Origin: Gammaproteobacteria bacterium
Lineage (GTDB): Bacteria; Pseudomonadota; Gammaproteobacteria; Steroidobacterales; UBA11654
Length of the DNA: 64,000 nucleotides
Assembly (NCBI GenBank): GCA_029941465.1
Contig: JAPYQN010000004.1
Coordinates: forward strand, 13,111-77,110
Reading direction: 5' to 3'
The number at the start of each line of letters is the position of its first letter. Position 1 is the stretch's first letter. The notes under the pieces are model-generated. The model saw only the letters and a list, made by a program, of their open reading frames with translations. It was not told the origin of the DNA and did not search any database. Shown piece after piece: positions 48,274-57,113 of this stretch. The position numbers and the translations under genes are program-made.

Positions 48274-48816
48274 CTAAACAATGCTTACTGTAGTCCCTTG
48301 TGGGGCCTGGTTGTTTGATAGCTTTTTTTGTTTTGCAATTTGTTTTCTTAGTCTTTGTAGTTTAATACTTGGTATATAGTCAATGAAGAGTTTCCCGTCC
48401 AAATGATCAATTTCATGTTGGATGCAAATTGATAGTAAGTCACCTGCCTCTATATTAATTTTCGATCCATCAAGATTTTGGGCCAACAAGCTAATGGTCT
48501 TGTGTCTCTTAACTATGGTCCGAATCTCGGGCACAGAAAGGCACCCTTCATTACTTTCTACATTACCTTTGAATGAGGTTAGTTTAGGGTTAACAAAGAC
48601 TAAGGGGCTATTCCTATCTTCACTAATGTCTATAACAATCATTCTAGTTGGGTGGTTAATCTGTGGGGCAGCTAGCCCAATTCCTTTAGACTCATACATA
48701 ACCCTCAACATACTCTCTGCTAAAGCTGTTAATCCTGCATCAAACCTCTCTACGGGTTTTGATACCTTTCTTAACCTTTCATCTGGAAACTGTAACAACT
48801 CCAAATCTTGTTCCAT
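48274..48816 (-). CDS. def: Peptide deformylase
   Basis: GIGLAAPQ, EGCLSVP and HEIDHLDG. 180 aa from ATG 48816. The ORF-track start at 48954 is an extension. Confidence 0.92.
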   Translation of the reverse strand: MEQDLELLQFPDERLRKVSKPVERFDAGLTALAESMLRVMYESKGIGLAAPQINHPTRMIVIDISEDRNSPLVFVNPKLTSFKGNVESNEGCLSVPEIRTIVKRHKTISLLAQNLDGSKINIEAGDLLSICIQHEIDHLDGKLFIDYIPSIKLQRLRKQIAKQKKLSNNQAPQGTTVSIV

Positions 48817-48986
48817 TTGCTCTATCCTCAATTTTAAAGTGACAAAAAACGGGAGAAATATAATATCACGATGTTGTTGTTTTTTTCCAAAACATCTGTT
48901 TTTAGTATTGCTTTTTTTGAAGAAAAAAGAATTTGACCTTGGCGATCTTTTCATACATCCTCAACCTATAAACTACTTTCTATCAA

Positions 48987-49475
48987 ATGAATCAAAACCT
49001 GAAAGAAGACTTCCTAGACGTACTACTTTATCTTTTTGAGTACTACTCAGAAGATCCAGTTAGGGAAACAGGAAGCAATTTTGAAATAAAAAAGCACCTT
49101 AAGGGTGCTGGCTTTGAAGATGATGTTATCAATCATGCAATGGACTGGGTAGCAATTTTTAAAGGCCCTGCTGAGAGCGCTGAGATCACAATCCCTCAGT
49201 CATTATCCGTTAGGATTTTTTCAAATGAAGAAAAATCTTTGTTGGATAATGAGTGTCAAAATTACATTATCAGGTTAGAAAAATTTGGCTTGTTAACCCC
49301 CCAAAAAAGAGAATTATTAATCGATAAACTTACCTCTATAGGGTTTGAACCAATGGATATTGAGGTTGTTAAAGCGCTTAGTATTTTAATGCTGTTCCAA
49401 GAGCCCTCTGTCGAGGTTAGACTCCATGCGTATGATGGGGAAGGCGCTTTTGATAAACCAAAAACATTGAATTAA
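48987..49475 (+). CDS. smg: Smg (DUF494) protein
   Basis: FLDVLLYLFEYY N-terminus. 162 aa. Lies upstream of topA, as in many proteobacteria. Confidence 0.8.
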   Translation: MNQNLKEDFLDVLLYLFEYYSEDPVRETGSNFEIKKHLKGAGFEDDVINHAMDWVAIFKGPAESAEITIPQSLSVRIFSNEEKSLLDNECQNYIIRLEKFGLLTPQKRELLIDKLTSIGFEPMDIEVVKALSILMLFQEPSVEVRLHAYDGEGAFDKPKTLN

Positions 49476-49540
49476 TAAATCTTTTGTATTTATAATCACA
49501 GCCTCGTGGACTAGTTCCATTATTAGAAACAATTATTTTT

Positions 49541-52015
49541 ATGAATAAACTCGTCATAGTTGAATCGCCAGCAAAGGCAAAAACAATTCAAAAGTATTTG
49601 GGCGAAGGTTACCAAGTGCTGCCAACTATTGGTCATATCAGAGAGCTTCCTAAAAAAGATGCTATAGACCCCCTCAATGACTACGCTATGAACTATATTA
49701 TTAGCCCTGGTAAAGAAGCCGCTGTAAAAAAAATTAAATCCTGCGCAAAAAGTTGTGAAGAGATTATTTTAGCAACTGACCCTGATAGAGAGGGAGAAGC
49801 AATAGCTTGGCATGTGGCTGACATACTAACATCAGGTAAAAACTCGCCCGCAAACAATAAAAAAATAAGTCGTGCTGTTTTTTATGAAATAAGTAAAGAA
49901 GCTGTTAACAACGCTATTTCTAACCCTGGTGAGATTGCTATGGACCTTGTTTTATCACAAGAAACAAGAAGAGCTCTGGATAGACATTTTGGATTTACTC
50001 TGTCTCCACTGTTATGGAGGCTTTTTCCAAGCAATAACCATTCAGCTGGTCGCGTACAAAGCCCCGCTCTTAGAATGATTGTTGAAAGAGAAGGAGAAAT
50101 AGAGGCTTTTGTTCCTCAAGAATACTGGACTATTTCTGCTGAGCTAATGGCTGCCACTGTGTTTACTGCAAAATTATCCAAACTTAATGGTGAGCCTTTA
50201 AAGAAATTTACTTTATCTTCACAGTCAATGGTGGAAGAAGTAACAAAAAAAATAGAAGCGGCTTCAACAGAAGGCCTTTTAACAAGCAGTATTGAAAAAA
50301 AGAAAATTAAGCGCTCGCCTAAATCACCACTAAGAACCTCTGTCTTACAGCAACAGGCTTCTAATAAATTTGGACTTACCCCAAAGAGAACAATGCAAAT
50401 AGCTCAATCTTTGTACGCAAGAGAAGGCGGGGGTTTAATCACCTATATAAGAACAGATTCAATAGAAATAGATGAAGGAAAGCTTCCAAGCATCAGAAAA
50501 AAAGTTGTAGGCCTGTATGGCGAAGAATACTTAGAAAGTAGAAATTTTAAAAACAAAAAAGAGTCAAAAAATATCCAGGAAGCACATGGGGCCATTACCC
50601 CTGTTGATATCGGTGTGCTGCCCAGCAACACAAAAGAACTACTAAATGGTGATGAGCAAAAAATATACCGTTTAATTTGGGAGCGCACCATTGCTTCCCA
50701 AATGAAGGATGCTGTGTTTGAAAGAACCTCTGTTGAGTTTGTTCCTAGAAAAGAGAGAGGGTTGGCCACTTTTTTGTTTTCAGACCAGCAACTTATTTTT
50801 CCTGGCTACCTTTCAGCAACTAATGAAGAGGTTACGGATAATCCACCACCAAATATAAAAGAAGAAAGCTTGGTTGATTTAAAAAATATCAATAAAGATC
50901 AACATTTTACAGACCCCCCACCAAGATATAACGATGCGAGCATGATCAAAACATTAGAAGAAAAAGGCATAGGCAGGCCATCAACTTATGCTGATATTTT
51001 ATCTAAACTAACTGACAGATCATATATTTTACTTAAACAAAAGAGATACGAGCCCTCTGATATGGGGCGGTTGGTGAGTAATTTTTTAAATAAAAGTTTT
51101 TGTGATTATGTGAGTGATGAGTTTACATCACAGATGGAAAACAACTTGGATGCTATTTCCAATGGGCAAAAAACAAAAAAAGCGGTTCTTGATGAGTTTT
51201 GGGAGCCCTTAGTCAATGGGGTCTCAGTAGTAAGTGAAACCATCACAAGAAAAGATGTGAACCCACAACGTTATTTGGGAGACCACCCTGAGTTAGTTAG
51301 GCCGATTTTTGCAAGAATGACAAAAAATGGGCCGGCGGTTCAAATGGGGGACATGGATAGTGGAGAAAAGCTTGAGTGGGCTGCTTTAAAAGAGGGGCAA
51401 TCATTATTTGTTGTTAACCTTGAAGACGCGTGTGAGTTATTTAAAAAGCCTGAAGATAATATTTTAGGTTATCACCCTGATACCAATGAACCTGTTATCG
51501 CAAGATTGGCCCGGTATGGCCCCACAATACAATTGGGCAGCAAAGAAGACGGGAATAAACCAAGGTATGTAGGACTTCTGCCCTCTGAATCACTTGAAGA
51601 TATAACTCTAGACAGAGCCTTACAGTATCTTGATCTACCTAGAGAAGTTGGTAAAGACCCTGAGTCAGGAGAAAGCATTCTAGCAACCATAGGTCCTTAT
51701 GGCCCCTACCTAAAAAAAGGCTCAAAAAACTTCAAAGTTAGAAAGGGTGCGGACCCATTTACTATTGATATAGAGGAGGCCCTTAACTCTATTGCAAATA
51801 CCAAGGGCACCGGAGCAATCAAAACCTTTGAAGGCTCTGGTATAAAAATTGTTGACGGAAGGTGGGGCCCTTATATCACTAATGGCAAAAAAAATGCCTC
51901 TGTACCCAAAGATAAAGACCCAGAAAGCCTAGAGTTAAGTGATTGTTTGTCGCTACTAGAAAAAGCGCCTGCTAAAAAAAGGAGGACCAAAAAATCCAAG
52001 GCCACAAAGAATTAA
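49541..52015 (+). CDS. topA: DNA topoisomerase I (zinc-finger-free C-terminal repeat type)
   Basis: Toprim LVIVESPAKAKTI, DPDREGEAI and the active-site region. The C-terminus has four G-P-x repeats and a Lys-rich tail. 824 aa. Confidence 0.92.
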   Translation: MNKLVIVESPAKAKTIQKYLGEGYQVLPTIGHIRELPKKDAIDPLNDYAMNYIISPGKEAAVKKIKSCAKSCEEIILATDPDREGEAIAWHVADILTSGKNSPANNKKISRAVFYEISKEAVNNAISNPGEIAMDLVLSQETRRALDRHFGFTLSPLLWRLFPSNNHSAGRVQSPALRMIVEREGEIEAFVPQEYWTISAELMAATVFTAKLSKLNGEPLKKFTLSSQSMVEEVTKKIEAASTEGLLTSSIEKKKIKRSPKSPLRTSVLQQQASNKFGLTPKRTMQIAQSLYAREGGGLITYIRTDSIEIDEGKLPSIRKKVVGLYGEEYLESRNFKNKKESKNIQEAHGAITPVDIGVLPSNTKELLNGDEQKIYRLIWERTIASQMKDAVFERTSVEFVPRKERGLATFLFSDQQLIFPGYLSATNEEVTDNPPPNIKEESLVDLKNINKDQHFTDPPPRYNDASMIKTLEEKGIGRPSTYADILSKLTDRSYILLKQKRYEPSDMGRLVSNFLNKSFCDYVSDEFTSQMENNLDAISNGQKTKKAVLDEFWEPLVNGVSVVSETITRKDVNPQRYLGDHPELVRPIFARMTKNGPAVQMGDMDSGEKLEWAALKEGQSLFVVNLEDACELFKKPEDNILGYHPDTNEPVIARLARYGPTIQLGSKEDGNKPRYVGLLPSESLEDITLDRALQYLDLPREVGKDPESGESILATIGPYGPYLKKGSKNFKVRKGADPFTIDIEEALNSIANTKGTGAIKTFEGSGIKIVDGRWGPYITNGKKNASVPKDKDPESLELSDCLSLLEKAPAKKRRTKKSKATKN

Positions 52016-52539
52016 GGTCTATACTTCTTGATGGTGGAATAATCGCTTACCCAACTGAGTCAATTTACGGCTTGGGCTGTGACCCAAAAAATGAGCAGGC
52101 TGTAAATAAATTATTGAAAATTAAAAATCGTTCCATAGAGATGGGTTTAATTTTATTGGGCTCTAGCACAAAAGGGATAGATGGCTGGTTAAATATATCA
52201 AACCATCAAAAGAAAACCCTTTTAACACCAACAGAAAAACCGACAACTTATTTAATCCCTATTACTAATGAGGCACCCCCTTGGGTTATCGGTAAACATG
52301 CGTCATTAGCGTTGCGAATATCAACAATGCCAATCATACAAACTCTCAATGAAATACTGGGTTGTCCCATTGTGTCCACTAGTGCGAATGTTCATGGAAA
52401 ACAACCACTCCAAACAAAAAAACAGGTTGAAGGGGAGTTTTTAGAAACGCTGGATTATATAGTGGGAGGTGATTGTGGCACATTTAATAGGCCTTCATCC
52501 ATTATAGATATAGTAACCGGCAAAGAAATTAGGTCTTAA
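51994..52539 (+). CDS. tsaC: L-threonylcarbamoyladenylate synthase type 1 (YrdC/TsaC); start uncertain (proposed ATC)
   Basis: GGIIAYPTESIYGLGCDP, KNRSIEMGLILL and STSANVHG. The conserved N-terminal part lies upstream of the ORF-track TTG at 52072. There is no ATG, GTG or TTG between the in-frame stop (51973-51975) and that motif. Confidence 0.75.
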   Translation: MQGHKELRSILLDGGIIAYPTESIYGLGCDPKNEQAVNKLLKIKNRSIEMGLILLGSSTKGIDGWLNISNHQKKTLLTPTEKPTTYLIPITNEAPPWVIGKHASLALRISTMPIIQTLNEILGCPIVSTSANVHGKQPLQTKKQVEGEFLETLDYIVGGDCGTFNRPSSIIDIVTGKEIRS

Positions 52540-52580
52540 AAACCGTTATACTAATGGTCTAACCATTCGCAAAAATTACA

Positions 52581-53396
52581 ATGGATCATTACGCAATAAT
52601 TGGGAACCCTGTAGAGCATAGCCGGTCGCCAAAAATACACCGGTTATTTGCTGAACAACTACAGCATGTATTAGCTTATGAAAAAATAGAAGCCACCGAA
52701 AAAACATTTCAAGAAAAGGTTGAAGAATTTTTTACTAAAGGCGGCAAAGGAATAAATATCACTGTTCCCTTTAAGCGTTTAGCTTTTTCAATAAGCGACA
52801 AGCTTGGAGCTTGTGCCTCAAGTTGTGGAGCGGTTAACACTTTAAGTTTTTCAGAGGATGGTAGGGTTTATGGTGAAAGCACAGATGGAAATGGTTTAGT
52901 TGAGGACCTGAAGAACAACAACATTGCTATTAACAACAAATCTATTTTGATTGTTGGAGCTGGGGGCACTGCACAGAGTATTATCCCATCTCTGCTCGCA
53001 AACAATGTAGGTCAACTTTCCGTAACAAACCGCACCCCAAACAATGCATTTAAATTAAAAGAACAGTATCTACATCTGGCTGAGATTGTTTGTTTGGATG
53101 GAGAATCAATCAATAGAAATTTTGATTTAGTCATTAATACTACCTCGGCTCATTTATCAGGAGAGCTGCCAGAAATTGAGCCAATTGCAGTAGAAAAAGC
53201 TACCTCGTATGATGTTAATTACAGTTATGGTGAAACATTGTTTCAAAGCTGGGCTACAAACCATGGTGCAACAAAGTCCCTTCAGGGTTGGGGGATGCTG
53301 GTTGAGCAGGCTGCGGAGTCCTTCTATATTTGGCGAGGTGTCCGCCCAAAAACAAGGGTGGTTATTGATCGCTTAAGTTCAGAGCCTGAAAACTAA
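52581..53396 (+). CDS. aroE: Shikimate dehydrogenase
   Basis: IGNPVEHSRSPKIH, NITVPFK and GAGGTA. 271 aa. Confidence 0.9.
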   Translation: MDHYAIIGNPVEHSRSPKIHRLFAEQLQHVLAYEKIEATEKTFQEKVEEFFTKGGKGINITVPFKRLAFSISDKLGACASSCGAVNTLSFSEDGRVYGESTDGNGLVEDLKNNNIAINNKSILIVGAGGTAQSIIPSLLANNVGQLSVTNRTPNNAFKLKEQYLHLAEIVCLDGESINRNFDLVINTTSAHLSGELPEIEPIAVEKATSYDVNYSYGETLFQSWATNHGATKSLQGWGMLVEQAAESFYIWRGVRPKTRVVIDRLSSEPEN

Positions 53397-53399
53397 GAG

Positions 53400-53690
53400 T
53401 TAATCACACCACACATCATACATAATGGAATAATTTGCTGCTTGTTGTGACATAAACCCAGCAGCAGCATAAAGCTCTTGTTCTGCTGCTTTTCGCTCAT
53501 TTTCTGGTTGGTCTTTAGCATTATTTTTTTCTATTTCTTTAAAAAGATAGTCTGCAATACCCATAGCCTCACCAATGCCTTGCTTCATCTCTTCACAATT
53601 TGATTCATTTAACAAAGAATCATTGTGTCCGTCAGCCCATGTCATGCTTCCGGGTAATAACAACAAACCAATTAAAATAATTTTTTTCAT
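53400..53690 (-). CDS. Small secreted protein of unknown function
   Basis: 96 aa. Signal peptide MKKIILIGLLLLPGSMTWA. Two Cys (one is the penultimate residue). No recognisable family. Confidence 0.45.
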   Translation of the reverse strand: MKKIILIGLLLLPGSMTWADGHNDSLLNESNCEEMKQGIGEAMGIADYLFKEIEKNNAKDQPENERKAAEQELYAAAGFMSQQAANYSIMYDVWCD

Positions 53691-53701
53691 CTTCCTTCTC
53701 C

Positions 53702-53938
53702 TTATTGGTTATTTTTTTGCTCAAGTAAAGCAGAAAAGTCATCATAACCACCAACATGTTTTCCACCAACAATAATTTGTGGAAATGTTTTTGCCCCCGG
53801 AAACTTTTCTAAAATAAACCCCATTTCAAAGTCTTTGCCTAGCTCTTGATAGCTATAACCAATACCTTTCTGTTTACATAAAAATTTAGCTTTCTCACAA
53901 TGGATGCAATCTGGTTTTCCAAAAATTTCTGCGTTCAT
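53702..53938 (-). CDS. Glutaredoxin-family protein with an atypical C-I-H-C active site
   Basis: 78 aa. KPDCIHCEKAK...TFPQIIVGGKHVGGYDDF (glutaredoxin fold signature). Confidence 0.75.
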   Translation of the reverse strand: MNAEIFGKPDCIHCEKAKFLCKQKGIGYSYQELGKDFEMGFILEKFPGAKTFPQIIVGGKHVGGYDDFSALLEQKNNQ

Positions 53939-54020
53939 TTTATTTTTTCAAGAAACAATTCATTTTAATTTCTATTACACTGCACTTATTATATTCCAAA
54001 ATAAATAATTTAAATTAAAT

Positions 54021-54785
54021 ATGAAAATAGCGAGCTGGAACGTTAATGGTATAAGAGCCAGGCTAGATCATGTATCAGACTGGCTGCAAATCAATCAACC
54101 CGATGTTTTAACCCTTCAAGAAACTAAAGTAATGGACGAGATGTTTCCACTTGATGCCTTTAAACCCTTAGGCTATCAAGTAAATATTTATGGACAAAAA
54201 TCTTATAATGGGGTCGCTGTATTGACCAAAAAACCACTAACGGAGATAAAAAAAGGGATAAGTGGGTTTAAAGATGACCAGACTAGGGTCATTACTGGCA
54301 CTTATAACGGCGTCCTGATAATTAATGTTTATGTTCCTAACGGACAATCTGTAGGGTCTGAAAAATTTGACTATAAAATGAGGTGGTTAAAGCACTTTTA
54401 TGCCTATTTACAAACACTTCTTAAGGCCCATCAGAAGATAGTTATATTAGGAGATTTTAATATAGCTCCTGCTGATATAGATGTGCATGATCCTGAGCTA
54501 TGGAAGAATAAAGTCTTGTGTAGTGAAAATGAAAGAGAGTGGTTAAATCAAATCCTGGGTTTAGGTTTTGCAGATAGTTTTAGGTTGTTTGAACAACAAG
54601 AAAGATTGTATAGCTGGTGGGATTATCGAGCTGCGGCCTATAGAAGAAAAATGGGCATGAGAATAGATTTAATTTTGATATCTGAGGCTCTAAAAAAGGA
54701 CTGCATGAAGAGTTATATTGATGAAACCCCAAGAGGGCAAGACAAGCCTTCCGATCATGCTCCTGTTCTTATTGAGTTAAGTTAA
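54021..54785 (+). CDS. xth: Exodeoxyribonuclease III (paralogue 2)
   Basis: MKIASWNVNGIRARL, LQETK and SDHAPV. 254 aa. Confidence 0.9.
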   Translation: MKIASWNVNGIRARLDHVSDWLQINQPDVLTLQETKVMDEMFPLDAFKPLGYQVNIYGQKSYNGVAVLTKKPLTEIKKGISGFKDDQTRVITGTYNGVLIINVYVPNGQSVGSEKFDYKMRWLKHFYAYLQTLLKAHQKIVILGDFNIAPADIDVHDPELWKNKVLCSENEREWLNQILGLGFADSFRLFEQQERLYSWWDYRAAAYRRKMGMRIDLILISEALKKDCMKSYIDETPRGQDKPSDHAPVLIELS

Positions 54786-54791
54786 TTTACT

Positions 54792-56018
54792 TTATGCCTC
54801 AAGGGTTAAGGCTTTTTTTATGCCTTGGATGGCGATGTCAGCATGCTCTTTTTTAAATGTAATCGGTGGTCTTAATTTTAATACCTTGTTATCAGGCCCA
54901 GTTTGTCCAACCAAAATGCCCTCGTCTAACAACCTCTCTAAGGCCTCTGAAGCTTCATTGTTTGATCTCATCTCAATGCCAATAAAAAGACCGCTGCCTC
55001 TAACATCTTCAATCGTATTTAAGCTGCTTGCTAATTGTTCTAACTCCTCTTTAAAGTAGCTCCCAACTGACTGTGCGTGTTCTATTAATCCATGTTTATG
55101 TATATATTTTATAACCGCTAAGCCAGCTGCTGCTGCAACAGGGTTCCCCCCAAAGGTATTAAAATAGCCATACTTTTTGTTGAATGTTTGCGCTATCTCA
55201 TGGGTTGTTATTACCGCAGCTAACGGATGGCCGTTGCCCATAGGTTTACCCAAGGTCACGATATCAGGAACAACATCGTCATGCTGAAACCCCCACATAT
55301 GTTTACCTGTTCGCCCAAACCCTGATTGCACCTCATCTGCAATGGTTAGCCCATTGAACGACCTAACTAAGTCATACATATTTTTAAGATAACCCTCTGG
55401 CACTGAGAAAATACCGTCGCTGCTGAAAATATTATCTGCGATAAAGGCAGCCGGGGCTTGGCCTTCTTTTTTTAGTTCTTCGGCTACTTTAAAGCTGTCG
55501 GATAAGTGTTTTTCTTTATTATCTAAATACTCTCTTGGCCCACCAACCAGTCCCACCCAACCTTCTCTAAACTCTAAAGAGCAATCCTCTGGGCTCATTT
55601 GAAAAACCACTGAGGTGTTGCCATGATAAGCATTCTTTGTAACCAAACATCCTTTTTGTTGGGTGTAATTTCTAGCTAATTGCAAAGCTAAATCGTTTGC
55701 TTCACTGCCGCTACAACAAAAATAGCAAACCTCCAAACCCTTATCCATGGTGGCTGTTAGCTGTTCGGCTAACTGAATAATGCTCTCATGAATGTATCGC
55801 GTGTTGGTGTTAAGGGTTGCTGCTTGTTTAGAGATTGCGTCTACAACCTCCGGGTTAGAGTGTCCGATATGGGCTACATTATTATAAACATCGAGATACC
55901 TTTTGCCATTACTGTCTATTAGCCAAACGTCCTCTCCCTTAACAATATGCAGAGGTTGTTTGTAAAAGAATGAGCTTGCATTGCCCAAGTGTTTTTTTCT
56001 TCGCTGTCTTAAGTTCAT
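54792..56018 (-). CDS. Class-III PLP enzyme of the ETNPPL/PHYKPL (AGXT2L) ammonia/phosphate-lyase type
   Basis: The blocks [72 protein letters not shown] (PLP Lys), [10 protein letters not shown] and [10 protein letters not shown] closely parallel my recollection of mammalian ETNPPL/PHYKPL. 408 aa. Confidence 0.7.
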   Translation of the reverse strand: MNLRQRRKKHLGNASSFFYKQPLHIVKGEDVWLIDSNGKRYLDVYNNVAHIGHSNPEVVDAISKQAATLNTNTRYIHESIIQLAEQLTATMDKGLEVCYFCCSGSEANDLALQLARNYTQQKGCLVTKNAYHGNTSVVFQMSPEDCSLEFREGWVGLVGGPREYLDNKEKHLSDSFKVAEELKKEGQAPAAFIADNIFSSDGIFSVPEGYLKNMYDLVRSFNGLTIADEVQSGFGRTGKHMWGFQHDDVVPDIVTLGKPMGNGHPLAAVITTHEIAQTFNKKYGYFNTFGGNPVAAAAGLAVIKYIHKHGLIEHAQSVGSYFKEELEQLASSLNTIEDVRGSGLFIGIEMRSNNEASEALERLLDEGILVGQTGPDNKVLKLRPPITFKKEHADIAIQGIKKALTLEA

Positions 56019-56024
56019 TAAATA

Positions 56025-57113
56025 TTAAAATTTATTTTCACTTTCGCTTAAAAACCTTATTAATTGGTTTGCCATTTCTTTGGGTTGTTCTTGATGTGCT
56101 TGCCTCAATACATCCCATGTTTTTTCAATAGAGCCTAAAATATACTCTTTGTTTTCAGGGTGTGTTGTTGCTCTCCATTCAGCAATAATTAACCCCATAG
56201 CTATGCGATTAACCACCAAACCTGGGAGCAATGCTATTTCATTTTTTGTTAAAGGGTATTCTTTTTGATAGCCCTCTAACAAATAACAAGTTCCGGTTAA
56301 CAGGTCTTGTTGTGTAACCGTTTGGTAAGAGGCCGCCACAGCCAAATCGTTAACCAAAGGGGCAAACACCATGTCTCCAAAATCAATCATCCCAGAAACG
56401 CTGTCTAAAGAGTCACGGGTTACCAAAACATTGTCTGGGTTCATGTCGTTATGAATAACTTGGGATCGCAGTTTTTTTAAGGGTTCTTTAATGTGTTCAA
56501 CAAAATACTCTAAAGACTTTTTAACTAGGTCTTTCTTTTTTTTATCCTTAATAAACTCTATTATTTCAAACAGGCTTTCGGTCTCTTTAACATCCCATAA
56601 AAGCCGATGGTTAGAGTTATCGTGTGTAAACCCTTTTAAACCTTGGCCCAAGAGCCCTAAAAATGAGCCCATATTAAAATATAACACTTTAAAATCTTTT
56701 GGTTGCTTGGCGTCGCCCATAGGAATTCCATCAACATAAGAGACCATCCTAATATAGTGCTTACTCTCATTTACCTCCTCTTGACGAATTAGTTTGCTGC
56801 TGCTATCAGGGATAACTTTAGGAAGAATTAGGTTGGTGGATAATGCAAGATGTTCCAATGCTTTGTTTTGTAGATCCAAGACACCAAAGGGTTCTTTAGC
56901 GTTGGCAACTTTTAAAACAAATTTTTTTTCGTTTTGATCTTTGAATAAGAAGTTTTGGTCGCGCTCGCTCGCTAAGGGTTTTATAAAGGCGGGTTCACTG
57001 AACCAAGCTGATGAAAATAACTCTGCTTGCTTATTGGTTAGTTGTGGAGCTGGGTGCTCTAGGACAGGGTATGAAAAGGGTTGTTTAGTCATTGTTTTGC
57101 CAAATTGTTTCAA
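56025..57113 (-). CDS. APH-fold small-molecule kinase, hydroxylysine kinase (HYKK/AGPHD1)-like
   Basis: SERDQNFLF, VLKVANAKE, the catalytic loop IHNDMNPDNVLV, the metal site MIDFGDM and the C-terminal HPENKEYI. The start may be ATG 57092. Confidence 0.65.
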   Translation of the reverse strand: MKQFGKTMTKQPFSYPVLEHPAPQLTNKQAELFSSAWFSEPAFIKPLASERDQNFLFKDQNEKKFVLKVANAKEPFGVLDLQNKALEHLALSTNLILPKVIPDSSSKLIRQEEVNESKHYIRMVSYVDGIPMGDAKQPKDFKVLYFNMGSFLGLLGQGLKGFTHDNSNHRLLWDVKETESLFEIIEFIKDKKKKDLVKKSLEYFVEHIKEPLKKLRSQVIHNDMNPDNVLVTRDSLDSVSGMIDFGDMVFAPLVNDLAVAASYQTVTQQDLLTGTCYLLEGYQKEYPLTKNEIALLPGLVVNRIAMGLIIAEWRATTHPENKEYILGSIEKTWDVLRQAHQEQPKEMANQLIRFLSESENKF

